In this document: piece by piece, positions 55,357 through 64,000 of the stretch
Layout: the number at the start of each line of letters is the position of its first letter
Position numbering within the stretch: the first letter of the stretch is position 1
NCBI GenBank assembly: GCA_965247395.1
Contig: OZ252012.1
Location: 242,434-306,433 of the forward strand
DNA from: Candidatus Poriferisodalaceae bacterium
GTDB taxonomy: Bacteria; Actinomycetota; Acidimicrobiia; Acidimicrobiales; Poriferisodalaceae
Reading direction: 5' to 3'
Length of the DNA stretch: 64,000 nucleotides
Position numbers and translations under genes: made by a program
The notes under the pieces: generated by a model
Databases searched by the model: none
Told to the model about the DNA's origin: nothing
Seen by the model: only the letters and a program-made list of their open reading frames with translations

Positions 55357-56268
55357 GTGAAAAACTCTCAAAGGCCCTCCAAATCAGCGTTTTTGAGCAC
55401 GTTTGGGGTGTTCGGCGGAACGTTTGACCCGCCACATGTTGGCCATGCTTTGGCGCTAAACGCCGCAAGTGAGCAATTGGGCTTGGATTGCATTTATGTG
55501 GTGGTTGCAAATGACCCATGGCAGAAATCGTCTGGCGTAAGCACGCTTGGCGAAGGCATTACGCCCGCTGAGCACAGGCTGGCCATGTGCCAACTGACAT
55601 TTTCCGCTAACGGTGCCGGTCATAACAAGGCCGACCCCGCAGGCACTGTTCAAGCCAACACTGTTCAAGCCAGCGCTGCTCAAACTAGCGGAGCTTCGAT
55701 TTGCGTGAGTGCTTGCGAAATTGAACGAGGCGGCGCCAGCTACACGATTGACACGGTGACAGAGCTGCTTGCCACGACTAGCGCTGCGGCCACCCAGTCC
55801 GGGCTAGTCCAAACTAAATCGGCCCAGTCCGGGCTAGTCCAAACTGAATTGGCCCAGGCTGGACGAGCAAATCTGGTGCTAATTGTCGGCGAAGATGTGG
55901 TTGTTGGTTTGGACTCGTGGCATCGCGCAAGCAGCTTGCGGGAGTTGGTGACGGTTGCGGTGGTGCAGCGCAACCATGAACTAGTCAGGCCGCAACCCAC
56001 AACCGGGTCTCAACCCGCTGCCGAAGGCTCACCCACAACTGGGGATCCGGCAACACCCGAGGTACCTGCCGGTTGGAAGACCGTCACGGTGACGTTGGAC
56101 TTATCGGCGACCATCGGCTCGCAGATAGTCGCAGATGTGTCCAGCACGGACATCCGGCAACAAATCGCAGATGCCTGCCTGCCTACTGGCATAGTTGCGC
56201 CAGAGGCGATGGGCTACATCTCCGCCCATGGGCTCTACTCTCAAACCTCGTATTCTCAGACCCAGTGA
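55357..56268 (+). CDS. nadD: nicotinate-nucleotide adenylyltransferase with ~100 aa of repeat-derived insertions
   Basis: Contains GVFGGTFDPPHVGH and the downstream ISSTDIR-like VSSTDIRQ. At 303 aa it exceeds the ~200 aa usual for this family. GTG start. Confidence 0.8.
   Translation: MKNSQRPSKSAFLSTFGVFGGTFDPPHVGHALALNAASEQLGLDCIYVVVANDPWQKSSGVSTLGEGITPAEHRLAMCQLTFSANGAGHNKADPAGTVQANTVQASAAQTSGASICVSACEIERGGASYTIDTVTELLATTSAAATQSGLVQTKSAQSGLVQTELAQAGRANLVLIVGEDVVVGLDSWHRASSLRELVTVAVVQRNHELVRPQPTTGSQPAAEGSPTTGDPATPEVPAGWKTVTVTLDLSATIGSQIVADVSSTDIRQQIADACLPTGIVAPEAMGYISAHGLYSQTSYSQTQ
55793..55858 (+). repeat. 2.2 x 30-bp in-frame tandem repeat inside nadD
   Basis: CCCAGTCCGGGCTAGTCCAAACTAAATCGG / CCCAGTCCGGGCTAGTCCAAACTGAATTGG / CCCAGG, encoding QSGLVQTKSA-QSGLVQTELA. 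A second 2 x 15-bp repeat (CACTGTTCAAGCCAA) is at 55644-55673. Confidence 0.9.
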
Positions 56269-56308
56269 CTTACAGGCCCAGTGACTTACAGGCCCAGTGA
56301 CTTACAGG
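56261..56308 (+). repeat. 3 perfect copies of a 16-bp tandem repeat overlapping the nadD stop codon
   Basis: CCCAGTGACTTACAGG occurs at 56261, 56277 and 56293. The nadD TGA (56266-56268) is inside copy 1. The array ends 4 nt before the rsfS GTG. Confidence 0.95.
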
Positions 56309-56312
56309 CATA

Positions 56313-56792
56313 GTGCTATCAACAGAACCATTGCCACCATCTGAGCGGACCGATTTGTCTTCTGCTGAGCAGGCCGAGCAAAACCAGTCCGGCCCAGCCG
56401 CAGCAAAGCAAGCCATCCCCGTGGTTGTGCCCCCGCTGGTACAAGCCGCCATGGAAGGTGCCGCTGACATGAGCGGTAGCGACATTGTGACGCTTGCTGT
56501 TGGCGAAGTTCTGGCCATTACAGACTGGTTCGTAATCACCAGCGCTCTCAGCGCGCGGCAAGTACGTCGCATAGTAGAGGTGGTTGAAGAATCGGTGAAA
56601 GCAGCCGGCGGGCAAGGCCCGTTGAGGATTGAGGGGTTAGCCCTAGCGCAGTGGGTGCTGATGGACTTCGGCGAGTTCGTGGTTCACGTTTTCGATGAAC
56701 GAACACGCAGCTACTACGACCTTGAAAGACTCTGGTCTGACATGCCCAATGTCAAGTACGAAAAGCCCGCGAGTCCCACTAACCACGGCTAA
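56313..56792 (+). CDS. rsfS: ribosome silencing factor RsfS
   Basis: Conserved core (DIVTLAVGEVLAITDWFVITSALSARQVRRIVEVVEE ... WVLMDFGEFVVHVF ... YYDLERLW). Follows nadD as usual. The N-terminal boundary is uncertain. Confidence 0.8.
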   Translation: MLSTEPLPPSERTDLSSAEQAEQNQSGPAAAKQAIPVVVPPLVQAAMEGAADMSGSDIVTLAVGEVLAITDWFVITSALSARQVRRIVEVVEESVKAAGGQGPLRIEGLALAQWVLMDFGEFVVHVFDERTRSYYDLERLWSDMPNVKYEKPASPTNHG

Positions 56793-56871
56793 TTCTGGCC
56801 TAGCCGTTAGCCGGCAGCCTTCACCGTTAGCCGTCCAGGCGCCAGCTAGTCACCTAGTGCGCACAGCTGCG

Positions 56872-59157
56872 CTATGCGTTGAGTGTCTCCCAGACCCTCT
56901 GCGGAGTGATCGGCATCTCCACATGACGAACGCCTAGGTGAGACAAAGCATCAACCACCGCGTTTTGTACCGCTGGCGTTGATCCGATAGTTGCCGACTC
57001 ACCGATTCCCTTTGCGCCCAGCGGGTTAATAGGTGTCGAGGTCTCCATCGGGACACGCTCAAAGCTGGGGAATTCCGAAGCAGCCGGAAACAGATAATCG
57101 CCAAACGTGGCGGTTAACGGGTTGCCGTCAGGGTCGTACACAAACTCTTCATACAGGGCTTGCGATATTCCCTGGGCCGCTCCGCCGTGTACCTGGCCCG
57201 CAACCAGCAACGGATTTACCATTACACCGCAGTCATCACAAGCGATATGTCGCAAAACCGATGTTTTTCCGGTGTCGGTGTCAACCTCCACCACGCACAC
57301 GTGCGCACCAAAGGGAAAAGTCGATCCTTCCGGTGCAAAAACATGCTCAGCCAACAATGTGGCCTGTGACGAGTCTCCGTCAGCGGTGCCGTTTCCTGAG
57401 CCGCCTGCTACCTCAGTAGCGATCTGCGACCAGTTGGCGGTAACCGTGGGAGTGCCAACCACATGAAATACTCCACGCTCCGCATCCAGCGTTACGTCAT
57501 CTTTTGCAGCCTCAAGCAGGTTGGCCGCATGCTCGGTGGCCTGGCTAATCAGCTCATGTGTGGCTTCACGCACCGCACTGCCGCCGTTTTGCAAAGACTT
57601 TGAGCCGCCGGTGCCCCAGCCTTTAGCAACGTCATCGGTATCGCCGTGACGCACTTCGATCTCATCCATACCGATACCGGTCAGCTCGCTAGCGATCATG
57701 GCGAAGGTGGTGTGATGGCCTTGACCGTGCGAAGAGCTACCGGTGCGCACCAAGCATGACCCGTCCGAACACAACTCGATAGAACCGAATTCTTTTTCAC
57801 GCACTGGATTGGTTATCTCAACATATGCCGACAGTCCGATCCCTAGCTGCTTCACATCACCGGCCTGGCGACGCTGCTCTTGCTCGGCGCGCAGAGTTTC
57901 GTAGCCAGCTGCGTTTAGTGCGTTAGTAAGAGCCGTGTCGTAATCGCCTGAGTCGTAGGTTGTGCCGATGGCGGTCTTAAACGGAAATGCGTCGGCGGCT
58001 ATGAAGTTACGCCGCCGAACTTCACTGGGATCCATACCGATCTCAGCAGCAAACACGTCGATGGTTCTTTCTATGGCAGCTGCGGCTTCAGGGCGACCGG
58101 CACCGCGATATGCGGCTAGCGGGCATGAGTTTGTGACGATCGATTGGCTCTCAAAGGTGACCGAAGCGATGTCGTACACGCCGCTGGCCATGGTGAGGGT
58201 CATGCGAGGCAGCACACCACCGATCTCTGGATAGGCACCCGCATCTTGCACGACCTGCAAGTGGTAAGCGGTGATGTTGCCGTCCTTATCGCCGCCCATC
58301 TTGGCGTACTGAACTTGACCGCGCCCGTGCCCTAGGTCAAGCATCGATTCGGTGCGGGTTTCTTGCCACAAGGCCGGGCGATCCAACGCGCGAGCGACCC
58401 AGCAACACAGCACCTCGGGCGGATATTGACCGTTCTTGGCCCCGAAGCCGCCGCCCACATCTGGCGCTATCACGCGCACCTGATCGCGTTCGAGACCGAA
58501 TGTCCTAGCTAGACCGTCACGAGTGCCGTGAGCGTTCTGAGTCGAAGACCATTTTGTTAGACGACCGTCTTCCCAGACGGCAAGCGCTCCGCGCGTTTCC
58601 AGCGGACAAGGGGCGACCTTGTTGTTGACTATGCGCTGAGTAATCACAACATCGCAGTCAGCAAACGGATCGCCCTCGGCTTCGTTGGGGAAAGCACCCG
58701 CCACGTTTGTGCCGGCGTCCTCGAACAGAAGCGGTGCGCTGTCCAGCAGTGCGGTTTCGGCATCCACCACTGCTGGGAGAGGTTCGTAATCGACTTCTAC
58801 TAGTTCTGCCGCATCGGCCGCTTGCGCCTGGGTTTCGGCGGCCACGATCGCCACTATTTCGCCGACGTAGCGCACCTTTTCAGACGCAATGCGGGGGCGG
58901 GCCATCTTGTCGTTGAACAAGGGCAATGCGGCCAAGGGTTCAACATCAACGTCTGCTGCGGTCCAAACAGCGACCACTCCTGTCGCAGTTTTGGCAGCAG
59001 AGGTTTCAATGCTTGTGAGGCGCGCGTGCGCCATCGGGCTACGCACATAAGTGATGTAGACCATGTTGTCCAGTAGGTGGTCTTGGACGTACTTGCCGCC
59101 TACGGTGAGAAATTGCGGGTCTTCAGTACGTAAAACGTTGGTTCCGAGGATGCTCAT
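56872..59157 (-). CDS. xanthine dehydrogenase/CoxL-family molybdopterin-binding large subunit (form II CoxL-like), paralog of 10501-12801
   Basis: 761 aa, colinear with the first copy, with the same AYRGAGRPEA loop. No adjacent FeS or FAD subunit genes. Confidence 0.85.
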   Translation of the reverse strand: MSILGTNVLRTEDPQFLTVGGKYVQDHLLDNMVYITYVRSPMAHARLTSIETSAAKTATGVVAVWTAADVDVEPLAALPLFNDKMARPRIASEKVRYVGEIVAIVAAETQAQAADAAELVEVDYEPLPAVVDAETALLDSAPLLFEDAGTNVAGAFPNEAEGDPFADCDVVITQRIVNNKVAPCPLETRGALAVWEDGRLTKWSSTQNAHGTRDGLARTFGLERDQVRVIAPDVGGGFGAKNGQYPPEVLCCWVARALDRPALWQETRTESMLDLGHGRGQVQYAKMGGDKDGNITAYHLQVVQDAGAYPEIGGVLPRMTLTMASGVYDIASVTFESQSIVTNSCPLAAYRGAGRPEAAAAIERTIDVFAAEIGMDPSEVRRRNFIAADAFPFKTAIGTTYDSGDYDTALTNALNAAGYETLRAEQEQRRQAGDVKQLGIGLSAYVEITNPVREKEFGSIELCSDGSCLVRTGSSSHGQGHHTTFAMIASELTGIGMDEIEVRHGDTDDVAKGWGTGGSKSLQNGGSAVREATHELISQATEHAANLLEAAKDDVTLDAERGVFHVVGTPTVTANWSQIATEVAGGSGNGTADGDSSQATLLAEHVFAPEGSTFPFGAHVCVVEVDTDTGKTSVLRHIACDDCGVMVNPLLVAGQVHGGAAQGISQALYEEFVYDPDGNPLTATFGDYLFPAASEFPSFERVPMETSTPINPLGAKGIGESATIGSTPAVQNAVVDALSHLGVRHVEMPITPQRVWETLNA

Positions 59158-59293
59158 AGGGGCTCTGTCTAGCGGACGCGGCAGGTTCTAACTCACCATG
59201 CCTAAGCTCCCCAGACTTGTTAAACGAGCGCTCAGTCACAGCCTGGTGCGGATTCGCGCTCTCGAGTAGCCGGTGTAATCGGTGCCGGTGCCG

Positions 59294-60430
59294 CTAGCTG
59301 ACGACGTTGGCGGTACCTGCCCGAGCCAGTCCAACCCAGGTTGACCCCGGGGTCAACTCCACCGGCTTGCCGTTGGGGTAGAAAAACTGCGTTACCGCTG
59401 TGCTTGAGGCTCGTTGCCAGGTCGCATTCGCCACGCGTCCTCCGCTGAAGATCTGCGCCTCGCCTGTGCCAATCAGGTGAGGTTCAGGCGTGATGCTTGA
59501 GGCCGCACTCTGTCCGTAAGTAACGAATTGCACAATCACGTTTGTCGGCGAAATGCGTGCGCCTGAGTAGTCAAAATGGGCACTGCCGTATTGGGTGCGG
59601 TCATAGCTCGACGTAATCGGGTTCCAGCGGTATTTCACCGGAGTGCCGCCGAAGTTGATGTCCACACCGCCCGCTGCAATGGAGTTGGCAGGTTGTTCGC
59701 TAGCCGTGCGGTATCGGAACAGTGGCGGGGGAGTACCGCCCTCACCGGGGCGAGCGCGATAAATCAGTTCCGTCGAGGTAACCAGATTGTGCGGTGCGTA
59801 CTTGTCCGAGGTGCGTGAAAAGGCTGCTTTACCAATATTGCGATCACTGACCACGATGGCGCCTTCACGGCGTAGCAGACTCCACACGGTCTCGTTGGCG
59901 CCTGAGTTAACGAATATTGGCTTGTTCAGGTTGCGCAGCAGATCAAAGTCGCCGGTGCGCGCCGAACGGATGGGGCCGACCCGTTCAGCGTCTTGGCTGT
60001 GAAACACGGCCGCAAACCGGGTAATGGAACCTTCCACAATCTCTTCAAATACGACATCGGCTTGAATCAAGCCCCACTGCGGAGAAGCGTCTACGTGATT
60101 GTCGATTTTGACGACCGCCGCTGGGCGAGTGATTGTCGCTGTTGTCTCTAAACCGGTTAGCTGAGCCAAGATTGGCGGCAGGGTTGTGGTGGTGGTAGTC
60201 GTGGTTGGCGGCAGGGTTGTGGTGGTGGTTGGCGCAACCGTGGTAGAGGGTGGGTTAGTTGTAGCCGCTGAGACGCTGGTGCCGCCGCCGCTGCAAGCAG
60301 CAGATAGGGCAACAAGTGCGATTAACAGTGCGACCGGTGCAAAAAAAGAAGCATTGGCTTTCGCAAAAATTCTCCTGGACACAGGAGTGGGCATTTTGGC
60401 ACGCATGTGCCCGAGAGTACGCGAGCGCAT
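59294..60430 (-). CDS. DUF3048-like lipoprotein with a Thr/Pro-rich linker
   Basis: Signal peptide with LSAACSGG and a T/P linker (TTTTTLPPTTTTTTTTLPP). It then reads VVKIDNHVDASPQWGLIQADVVFEEIVEGSITRFAAVF...IRSARTGD, which matches my memory of the DUF3048 (YerB-like) family. Confidence 0.7.
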   Translation of the reverse strand: MRSRTLGHMRAKMPTPVSRRIFAKANASFFAPVALLIALVALSAACSGGGTSVSAATTNPPSTTVAPTTTTTLPPTTTTTTTTLPPILAQLTGLETTATITRPAAVVKIDNHVDASPQWGLIQADVVFEEIVEGSITRFAAVFHSQDAERVGPIRSARTGDFDLLRNLNKPIFVNSGANETVWSLLRREGAIVVSDRNIGKAAFSRTSDKYAPHNLVTSTELIYRARPGEGGTPPPLFRYRTASEQPANSIAAGGVDINFGGTPVKYRWNPITSSYDRTQYGSAHFDYSGARISPTNVIVQFVTYGQSAASSITPEPHLIGTGEAQIFSGGRVANATWQRASSTAVTQFFYPNGKPVELTPGSTWVGLARAGTANVVS

Positions 60431-60467
60431 CCGAGATTTAGCGGCAGTCGCGCAGTCGTGCCAGAAG

Positions 60468-61163
60468 CTAAAACACCTCTAGGTGCCCCATCACTGCGTC
60501 AATTAGCCCAAGGTTCTTTGGCGTGGCGAAATGATCACAGTTCGCTAGCTCGGTATAAGAGGAGTTTGCTAGAGCCTCCAGCAGCGGGTCGGCTGGCCCT
60601 GCAAAGTCTTCGGTTCCAAGCACCACTCTCACCGGATGCGTGATGGCGGCAAATTGCTCCTTGCCTAACGGATGGTGTTTGCGCTTCATAAACGCCGCCA
60701 GAGCCTGTCCGTCTTGACCCGGTTCGGCCGCATAACGAGCAAACGTTTGTGCGTGCACGTCAGCGTCTTCGGCCTCGCCGGTAATCCCGCGGATGATCCG
60801 TTTGGCCGATTCCTCATCGCGCTCAAACAGGTTGTTCCCAACACCGGCCACCACTAGCCGTCCGAAGCTCTCCGGCGCAATGGCTGCCATACACAGCAAC
60901 GTGCGTGCTCCCATTGAAAAACCCACCCCATCCACTTGTTGGCTTTTACCTACTTCGCTAGCCAGTCGTTCCACCAGCTTCTGCTCCATATCGGCATAGT
61001 CAGCGGGGTCGTGATGCTTTTCGGAGGTTCCATGGCCGGGCAGATCCCAGGCGATTACTTCTCGTCCCGCATCGGCAAGCAAATCCATTATTCCGGTTGG
61101 ACGCCAAGTTGATTCCACCGAACCGGTGAAGCCGTGAAGTAACAGCACAGGATTGTCAGGCAC
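60468..61163 (-). CDS. alpha/beta hydrolase
   Basis: 231 aa with LLLHGFTGS and the nucleophile elbow GFSMGA. Confidence 0.75.
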   Translation of the reverse strand: MPDNPVLLLHGFTGSVESTWRPTGIMDLLADAGREVIAWDLPGHGTSEKHHDPADYADMEQKLVERLASEVGKSQQVDGVGFSMGARTLLCMAAIAPESFGRLVVAGVGNNLFERDEESAKRIIRGITGEAEDADVHAQTFARYAAEPGQDGQALAAFMKRKHHPLGKEQFAAITHPVRVVLGTEDFAGPADPLLEALANSSYTELANCDHFATPKNLGLIDAVMGHLEVF

Positions 61164-61198
61164 GGCGCGAGTCTTACACGCTGCACTACCTTGCGGCT

Positions 61199-62983
61199 AT
61201 GAACGCTCCTACTAATAGCTCCAGCATGCGTATAGCCAACTGCAGCGGATTCTTCGGCGATCGGCTCAGCGCGGCGGTGGAGATGACCGAGGGCGGACCG
61301 ATTGATGCCCTGACAGGCGACTGGCTGGCAGAGCTCACGATGCTGATCCTGTCTCGCATCCAAGCCAAACACCCTGGCGGCGGCTATGCCCGCACTTTCG
61401 TCACGCAAATGGAGCAGGTCATGGGCACTTGCTTGGACAAGGGCATCAAGGTGGTGTCAAACGCTGGTGGACTAAACCCGCAGGGCTGCGCCGATGCCGT
61501 TCACGAGGTTGCCGATCGTCTCGGGTTGAGCCCGAAGATCGCGTACGTAGATGGCGACGATCTGACCGAACGGTTGACGGATCTGATTAGCGCTGGCAAC
61601 GATTTCGCACACCTAGACACGGGTCAGCCGCTCGGTGACATCGCCGAAAGGATCGTTACCGCTAATGCCTACATCGGTTGCTGGGGAATTGTTGACGCCC
61701 TAGATCGCGGAGCGGACATTGTGATCACCGGGCGTGCTACCGATGCAGCGGTCGTGGCCGGTCCTGCCGCCTGGCATCACGGTTGGAAGCGCGACAGTTG
61801 GGATGAGTTAGCCGGAGCCATCGTGGCAGGCCACGTCATCGAGTGTGGCGGGCAAGCCACCGGCGGCAACTACAGCTTTTTTACCGAGATCGAAAACATG
61901 ACCTATCCGGGCTTCCCGTGGGCCGAAGTGGCAGCGGACGGATCTTGCGTGATTGGCAAACACGACGGCACCGACGGTCAGGTGTCAATAGGCACCATTA
62001 CTTCTCAACTGCTTTATGAGATTCAGAGTGAGCGCTACGCCAATCCTGATGTGGTGTGTCGCTTTGACACGATCCAGCTTGAGGAGGTAGCGCCCGATCG
62101 CGTGCGCATCAGCGGTACGCGCGGCGAGCCAGCCCCACCAAATCTAAAAGTGTCGATGAACTATCACGGCGGGTTTCGCAACCAAATTGCGATCGGGCTG
62201 ACTGGTATGGACATCGAAGAAAAGGCCGCGCTGATCGAGCGTCAGTTCTGGCATGCCTGTCCGTTTGCGCCGGAAGACTTTGACGCGGTGGTTACGCGTC
62301 TTTCACGCACTGACAAAGAAAATCCCGCCACCAACGAAGAGGCGGTCGCAGTGCTGAAAATCATTGTGAAAGATCGCGACGAGCGCAAGGTAGGCCGAGC
62401 GTTTTCAAACACTGGCACCGAAATTGGCTTGTGTTCTATTCCAGGGTTGTTTGGCACCGGCGGCGGACCCGGGCCGGGACAACCCTTCGGTGTGTATTGG
62501 CCGGCTCTGGTTAGTTCAGACTTGGTGCCGATGAGAGTGGTGGTGGACGGCCAACAGGCTGCGGTTGATAACACCGCGCCTACACCGGCCGCAGACGCAC
62601 CAGCAGTGCAGCCAACCCCAGTGCAGCTGCCGGATGTTGCCACTGGCGAAACAACCCCGACTCCACTGGGAGCTCTGTTTGGCGCACGCTCGGGCGATAA
62701 AGGCCCCAACGCAAATCTGGGGATCTTTGCGCGCAGCCCAGAGGCGTACGTCTGGCTGGCTGATTTTCTGACCGTTGAGCGTCTCAAGGAGCTAATGCCC
62801 GAGGCTGCTGAACATGAAGTTGATCGCTATGACCTTCCCAATTTGCTGAGCCTGAACTTCATATTTCATGGCTTACTAGAGGAAGGCGTGGCAGCTTCTA
62901 CTCGCCAAGATCCGCAAGCCAAGGCGTTAGGGGAGTACCTGCGCGCCAAAGTGGTAGAGATCCCAGTAGCGCTCTTGAGCTAG
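61199..62983 (+). CDS. AtuA-like (DUF1446) acyclic-terpene-utilisation family protein
   Basis: 594 aa. The N-terminus MRIANCSGFFGDRLSAAVEMTEGGPIDALTGDWLAELTM is typical of the AtuA/DUF1446 family. Confidence 0.75.
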   Translation: MNAPTNSSSMRIANCSGFFGDRLSAAVEMTEGGPIDALTGDWLAELTMLILSRIQAKHPGGGYARTFVTQMEQVMGTCLDKGIKVVSNAGGLNPQGCADAVHEVADRLGLSPKIAYVDGDDLTERLTDLISAGNDFAHLDTGQPLGDIAERIVTANAYIGCWGIVDALDRGADIVITGRATDAAVVAGPAAWHHGWKRDSWDELAGAIVAGHVIECGGQATGGNYSFFTEIENMTYPGFPWAEVAADGSCVIGKHDGTDGQVSIGTITSQLLYEIQSERYANPDVVCRFDTIQLEEVAPDRVRISGTRGEPAPPNLKVSMNYHGGFRNQIAIGLTGMDIEEKAALIERQFWHACPFAPEDFDAVVTRLSRTDKENPATNEEAVAVLKIIVKDRDERKVGRAFSNTGTEIGLCSIPGLFGTGGGPGPGQPFGVYWPALVSSDLVPMRVVVDGQQAAVDNTAPTPAADAPAVQPTPVQLPDVATGETTPTPLGALFGARSGDKGPNANLGIFARSPEAYVWLADFLTVERLKELMPEAAEHEVDRYDLPNLLSLNFIFHGLLEEGVAASTRQDPQAKALGEYLRAKVVEIPVALLS

Positions 62984-63873
62984 AGCAGCTGCGTGTCTGG
63001 CTCAGCAATAACTGGGTTAGTCAAGGTGCCGATTCCTTCGATGGTGATAGCCACCTCATCGCCCGGCGCTAGCAGTTTCGGCGGATCAAAAAACAGCCCT
63101 ACGCCAGCGGGCGTTCCGGTAGTAATTATCGTCCCGGGTTCCAACGTAAATGCGGTAGTGATGTGCTCTATCAGCTTGTAGCAGTCAAAAATCAGATCGT
63201 TGGTGTTGGAGTCTTGGCGCACCTCGCCATTGACAGTGGTCTTCAAGGCCAGCGAATGCGGATCGATTTCGTCGCCGGTTACTAACACCGGACCGCAAGG
63301 TCCGTGGGTGTCCCATGACTTACCCATAATCATGGTCGGGCTCGCCTTTTGCCAGTCGCGCACGCTCACATCGTTCATGATCGTGTAGCCCGCAATCACC
63401 GTTGGTGCCTTGTCGGCTGGAACGTGCCGGCATCGTCGGCCGATCACTAGCGCTAGCTCACCTTCATAATCCACCATGTCAGGCGCCGCGGAGGGGATGT
63501 GTATTGGCGAACCCGGGTTGGTGATGCAGTGGTGATGCTTGGTGAACACGACCGGCACCTTCGGCATTTCACGTCCGCCCTCGGCTACGTGGGCTGCGTA
63601 GTTGAGACCTACCGCCAAGATCGCAGGTGGGGCGCCAACTGGCGACAGCGCCGTGGCCTTGTCAAGAGGCGTCTGCGGACCGGTTGCCAGATCTGTGATC
63701 TGCGCCAGCGCAGCACTCAGGGGCTTGTTGCGATCGGCACCAGCTTCAGCCAAGAGCGCAGGCAAATCGCGATGGTCGGTGGCTATATCCGTAAGAGTGC
63801 CGCCTGTTGGAGAGTCGCCGCTCAACACGGCCAGGCGGGCAGCCCCATCACGCAGATGACGCACAATTTTCAT
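62980..63873 (-). CDS. fumarylacetoacetate hydrolase (FAH) family protein
   Basis: 297 aa with FAH-fold motifs (VGLNYAAH, YEGELALVIG, DVSVRDWQ, TGTPAGVG). Its stop overlaps the AtuA-like stop (CTAG). Confidence 0.85.
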   Translation of the reverse strand: MKIVRHLRDGAARLAVLSGDSPTGGTLTDIATDHRDLPALLAEAGADRNKPLSAALAQITDLATGPQTPLDKATALSPVGAPPAILAVGLNYAAHVAEGGREMPKVPVVFTKHHHCITNPGSPIHIPSAAPDMVDYEGELALVIGRRCRHVPADKAPTVIAGYTIMNDVSVRDWQKASPTMIMGKSWDTHGPCGPVLVTGDEIDPHSLALKTTVNGEVRQDSNTNDLIFDCYKLIEHITTAFTLEPGTIITTGTPAGVGLFFDPPKLLAPGDEVAITIEGIGTLTNPVIAEPDTQLL

Positions 63874-63922
63874 GGCTTGAACTTAGTCGGCAAAAACAGC
63901 GCAGAGCTTTGGGGGAAAGCGA

Positions 63923-63967
63923 CAACAAAACAGGGCCCAACAAAACAAGGTCCAATAAATCAGGCAT
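63923..63967. repeat. 3 degenerate 15-bp tandem repeats upstream of the FAH-family gene
   Basis: CAACAAAACAGGGCC / CAACAAAACAAGGTC / CAATAAATCAGGCAT, in an AT-richer stretch at the window edge. Confidence 0.6.
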
Positions 63968-64000
63968 TGCATAATTGCCTCAGTAGTGGCACCCTGAAAT

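Noticed and set aside
62980-62983. Convergent genes sharing overlapping stop codons (CTAG for AtuA-like/FAH; TTAG at 15369-15372 for tesB/hydrolase) as a regulatory feature
   Set aside because: A 4-nt overlap of convergent stops is common in compact genomes. I saw no associated structure. I note it only as evidence of tight packing.

Overview
This 64-kb window is a densely coding, moderately GC-rich chromosomal segment (mid-to-high 50s % GC by eye, not computed). The gene order is clearly actinobacterial: smpB-ssrA; cysO-cysM-MBL-rph-rdgB; tig-clpP-clpX-folC-ndk-mreBCD-mrdA-rodA-rne-rplU-rpmA-obg-proB-proA ... nadD-rsfS. I support about 62 protein-coding genes, 5 tRNAs (Lys-CTT, His-GTG, Arg-TCT, Pro-TGG, Gly-TCC) and one tmRNA. 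I saw no rRNA, CRISPR array, transposase, integrase, prophage, toxin-antitoxin pair or recognisable defence system. The left ~25 kb is rich in CoA-thioester and amide metabolism: enoyl-CoA hydratase, acyl-CoA dehydrogenase, thiolase, two amidases, thioesterase II, a double-length family III CoA-transferase, quinone oxidoreductase and alanine dehydrogenase. The right part is mostly housekeeping. The most interesting signal is an in-frame TGA at 25786-25788. It joins two same-frame ORFs into one GrdB/PrdB-family reductase-like protein with a U-x-x-C motif, and a stem-loop follows about 10 nt downstream, so this is a candidate selenoprotein that the ORF track splits in two. Secondary observations: a tandem-fused CaiB/BaiF CoA-transferase; two orphan form-II CoxL-like molybdopterin subunits plus a detached MoxR/VWA (CoxD/CoxE-like) pair; head-to-tail tandem repeats straddling the stop codons of folC and nadD; repeat-derived low-complexity insertions in several housekeeping genes; a shared motif and TAGC-type -10-like boxes upstream of the tRNA genes; and a pair of uncharacterised secreted proteins. 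All functional calls rest on my own reading of the translated ORFs; no database search was run.
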